Positions 61,236-64,000 of a stretch of DNA of 64,000 nt are shown one piece after another. The translations under genes and the position numbers were made by a program. The stretch's first letter is position 1. The number at the start of each line of letters is the position of its first letter. This stretch comes from Patescibacteria group bacterium (lineage in GTDB: Bacteria; Patescibacteriota; Doudnabacteria; UBA920; O2-02-FULL-48-8). The notes under the pieces were generated by a model, which made no database searches, was not told where the DNA came from, and saw only the letters and a list, made by a program, of their open reading frames with translations. The stretch covers positions 237,186 through 301,185 of the forward strand of contig DASUKB010000001.1 in assembly GCA_036278915.1 (NCBI GenBank). The letters are read 5' to 3'.

Positions 61236-62181
61236 ATATCAATATTTAGACCTGCTTAAAGAAATTCTTGAGAAAGGATTTCGCAAAGTGGACCGCGGCA
61301 CCGGCGACGCGTCTTACAGTTTGTTTGGCAAACAAATCCGTTTTGATTTGTCCAAAGAATTTCCGTTGCTTACAACCAAAAAAGTTTTTTGGAAGGGCGT
61401 GGTGGAGGAACTCTATTGGTTTGCCTCTGGCCAAAACAATGTCAGTTACCTTACGCGCAAAGGTGTGCATATTTGGGATGATTACCCGTACAAGTATTAC
61501 AAAAAGCAGATGGATGAAGGCAGCGTCCTGGCACTCACAAAAGAAGAATTCGTGAAAAAATTGGAAACTGACGACCAGTTCGCAAATGAACACGGAGTGC
61601 TGCCGCATATTTATGGCGAACTTTGGCGGCATTGGCCTACTAGAACTCCAGGCAGAACCATAGACCAGCTTGCCTGGGCCATACAAGAACTCAAAGATGA
61701 TCCGAACGCGCATAATTTGATCGTAAACTCATGGAACCCTGAGTACTTGTATACGATGGCGACTTACGAAGATGCGGCCAAGTACCCGATCTGCCACAAC
61801 ATGTATCAGTTCAACGTTATAGACGGCAGACTGTCGTTGAATTTATACCAACGATCGGCTGATATATTCCTAGGCGTACCATTCAACATCGCATCTTACG
61901 CATTACTGACAGTCATTCTGGCTCAAATCACAGGCTACAAACCAGGAGAATTTGTGCATACATTCGGCGACGTGCATATTTATGAGAATCATTTGGAGCA
62001 GGTGAAAGAGCAGCTGTCGCGCGATCCAAAACCCTTTCCGACAGTTGAGCTTGACCCATCTATAAAATCAATCGATGACTTCACTCCCGAGAAAGTGAAG
62101 TTGGTTGGCTATGAACCGCACGGAACTATAAAAGCCGAACTCTCCGTCTCTGGAGGTTTGTACGAAGGGAAGAAACAATGA
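61216..62181 (+). CDS. thyA: thymidylate synthase (long form)
   Basis: Catalytic Cys loop ICHNMYQF; 321 aa. Confidence 0.9.
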   Translation: MQTKHPEYQYLDLLKEILEKGFRKVDRGTGDASYSLFGKQIRFDLSKEFPLLTTKKVFWKGVVEELYWFASGQNNVSYLTRKGVHIWDDYPYKYYKKQMDEGSVLALTKEEFVKKLETDDQFANEHGVLPHIYGELWRHWPTRTPGRTIDQLAWAIQELKDDPNAHNLIVNSWNPEYLYTMATYEDAAKYPICHNMYQFNVIDGRLSLNLYQRSADIFLGVPFNIASYALLTVILAQITGYKPGEFVHTFGDVHIYENHLEQVKEQLSRDPKPFPTVELDPSIKSIDDFTPEKVKLVGYEPHGTIKAELSVSGGLYEGKKQ

Positions 62182-62651
62182 TTTCGATTATCGCCGCAGT
62201 TGCGAAGAATGGAGTCATTGGAAGCAAAAACGGATTGCCGTGGCATATTCCCGAAGACCTTAAGCACTACAAAGAGATAACCACTGGCCATACGATGATA
62301 ATGGGCCGCAAAACTTTTGAATCGATCATGAAGTCTTTGGGCAAACCTCTGCCGAACCGCAAAAACGTGGTTATCACCCGCGACCTGGGATACAAAGTAC
62401 CGCAAGGCGTGCTGGTTTACACTTCAATTGAAGATGCGCTTGAAGCAACGAAAGATGATGGCGAAATATTCATCAACGGCGGCGGCGAGATTTACAGACA
62501 AACTTTTAAACTTGCCGATAAGCTATACCTCACAGAGCTGGACGACAACAAAGAGGGTGATGTAAAATTCCCAGATTTTGACCGCGAGCGCTGGAACGAA
62601 ATCTCGCGCGAAAAAAAAGACGGATTTTACTGGGTTGTATATGAAAAATAA
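62178..62651 (+). CDS. folA: dihydrofolate reductase
   Basis: ISIIAAVAKNGVIGSKNGLPW; overlaps the thyA stop. Confidence 0.9.
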   Translation: MISIIAAVAKNGVIGSKNGLPWHIPEDLKHYKEITTGHTMIMGRKTFESIMKSLGKPLPNRKNVVITRDLGYKVPQGVLVYTSIEDALEATKDDGEIFINGGGEIYRQTFKLADKLYLTELDDNKEGDVKFPDFDRERWNEISREKKDGFYWVVYEK

Positions 62652-62664
62652 TTTTAAATTATAA

Positions 62665-63760
62665 ATGAACGAACTGATTAAAAAAATTTCTGACCTCAAA
62701 GATCGCATGAAGGATCTTAAGGAGCATCTTTGACCTGGAGCAGAAAAAGCAAAAAATCCTTGAGCTTGAAGATCAAATTTCAGCCTCTGATTTTTGGGCA
62801 GACAACCTAAAAGCCCAGAAGATCACCAAAGAGCATAACGCGCTGCAAAATCAGGTCTCAGCTTGGGCTGGTTTGGAGCAAAATTTGGCCGATTTGGAAG
62901 GTCTGGCAGCCCTGGCAGTCAATGAGACAGACCCACGCCTGACGGCTGATTTGGAGGCCAAATTTGGCGATTTGGAGGCTAAATTTGGACAAATAAGCAT
63001 ATTTACGTTCCTTTCGGGCAAATACGACAGCCATTCGGCTATAATGTCCATCCACGCCGGAGCCGGAGGAGTAGATGCCCAGGACTTTGCCGAGATGCTT
63101 TTGCGCATGTATTTGCGCTTTGCTGAATCCAAAAAGTTTAAAGCCAGCATTATAGACGAAAGCCGAGGCGGGGAGGCTGGTATCAAAAGCGTCGTGTTTG
63201 AAATTGAAGGCCAGTACGCTTACGGTTATCTCAAATCTGAAGCAGGCGTCCATCGGCTCGTGCGCCAATCGCCATTTAATTCCACGCAGTCGCGCGAAAC
63301 GTCATTTGCGCTTGTGGAAGTTTTGCCGATAGTTGAGCAGGAAGAATTCAAATTGGACATGAAAGACGTGGAGCTGGAAGCCAAAACCTCCCGAGGCCAC
63401 GGCGGACAATCGGTGAACACTACTTACTCGGCCATCCGCGCCACACACGTGCCGACCAGCATCACTGTGACTATCCAAAATGAGCGGTCACAAGCCCAAA
63501 ATAAAGAGCAAGCTATAAAAATTTTGACCTCAAAAATTGCGGCGCTGGAAGAACAGCGACGAGTGGAAGAACGACTCAAGCTTCGCGGAGAATTAAAAAG
63601 CGCGGAGTGGGGAAATCAAATCCGATCCTATGTCCTGCACCCATACAAGATGGTAAAGGACCACCGCACAAACTTTGAGACCTCCGATGCAGAAAGCGTA
63701 CTGAACGGACATTTAGACGAATTTATAGAAAAATACCTAGAAAATTTCCGCGAGAAATAG
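62665..63760 (+). CDS. prfB: peptide chain release factor 2 with programmed +1 ribosomal frameshift; frame 0 from 62665 to the in-frame TGA at 62731, continuing in the +1 frame from 62732
   Basis: Frame 0 MNELIKKISDLKDRMKDLKEHL-TGA, with an internal SD AAGGAG 3 nt before CTT TGA C. The +1 frame gives DLEQKKQKILEL... joining the ORF-track protein with GGQ (RGHGGQSVN) and SPF motifs. Confidence 0.9.
62719..62735 (+). promoter_or_regulatory. prfB frameshift cassette: internal SD plus slippery CUU-UGA-C
   Basis: aaggagcatCTTTGAC. Confidence 0.85.
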
Positions 63761-63797
63761 AATCGTGTTATAATAGTTTGAGGCGGAAGGAAAGCTT

Positions 63798-64000
63798 TTG
63801 ATCAAATTCGATTCTGTAACAAAAAAATATAATAAAGACCATCAGGCTCTCAAAGATATAAACCTTGATATACACAAGGGAGAGTTTTTGTCGTTGGTCG
63901 GCCAATCCGGCGCTGGCAAGTCCACGCTTATGAAACTCATAATTGGCGAGGAGAAGCCCGATGCCGGGAGAATCTTAATTGATGACATCGACGTGGCTCG
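63798..64000 (+). CDS. ftsE: cell-division ABC ATPase FtsE-like; N-terminal part, TTG start, continues beyond the window
   Basis: LIKFDSVTKKYNKDHQALKDINLDIHKGEFLSLVGQSGAGKSTLMKLI; SD GGAAGGAAAG. Confidence 0.7.
   Translation, partial: MIKFDSVTKKYNKDHQALKDINLDIHKGEFLSLVGQSGAGKSTLMKLIIGEEKPDAGRILIDDIDVA

Overview
The window reads as a low-GC (about 42-46%) bacterial chromosome segment with a streamlined, operon-dense layout. The organism call, Patescibacteria/CPR-like or a small-genome Gram-positive-like cell, is an inference from gene content; no database was searched. Content from start to end: an ATP-grasp ligase gene (partial at the edge) and a membrane metallophosphoesterase. Next come an AbrB-like regulator, a MacB/FtsX-type ABC pair and a heterodimeric ABC exporter pair. 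Then a cluster of small stress and membrane proteins (DUF458, YtxH-like, GlsB/YeaQ/YmgE) and thioredoxin. A cell-wall (dcw-like) block follows: dacA, mraY, D-aminoacylase-like, murD, ftsW, DUF4012, murJ. Then lepA, an FtsB-like protein, a parvulin-type PPIase and tRNA-Gly. An overlapping ASCH(DUF3850)/MazG-like/HD gene triad comes next, then pepF and tRNA-Thr with a partial 3'-end duplicate. A complete F1Fo ATP synthase operon (atpZ-like through atpC) carries an inserted DUF1653 gene. It is followed by two paralogous beta-carbonic-anhydrase-like genes, a CCA-adding enzyme and a three-tRNA cluster (Met, fMet, Asp). A 2.2-kb high-GC island encodes a divergent MreB-like actin and a membrane partner. 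Then rmuC, a NYN-domain gene, tRNA-Arg, a 0.56-kb GC-rich non-coding island and a UvrD-helicase/PD-(D/E)XK nuclease fusion. Then a monomeric (mitochondrial-type) PheRS with a stand-alone tRNA-binding-domain protein, gyrB, several secreted proteins including a 1024-aa FN3/Ig-like surface protein, and secE-nusG-[SPFH]-rplK-rplA. The window ends with a GC-rich autonomous secreted-protein cassette, a nucleotide-metabolism cluster (dcd-CYTH-HIT-thyA-folA), prfB with its programmed +1 frameshift, and the start of ftsE. I see no CRISPR array, rRNA or obvious transposase. The features most worth follow-up are the tRNA-adjacent ASCH/MazG/HD triad, the high-GC MreB island and other GC-rich cassettes, the unexplained GC-rich non-coding block, the monomeric PheRS arrangement, the tandem beta-CA-like paralogs with a 39-nt identical core, and a recurring leader motif upstream of atpA, gyrB and the ftsB-like gene.
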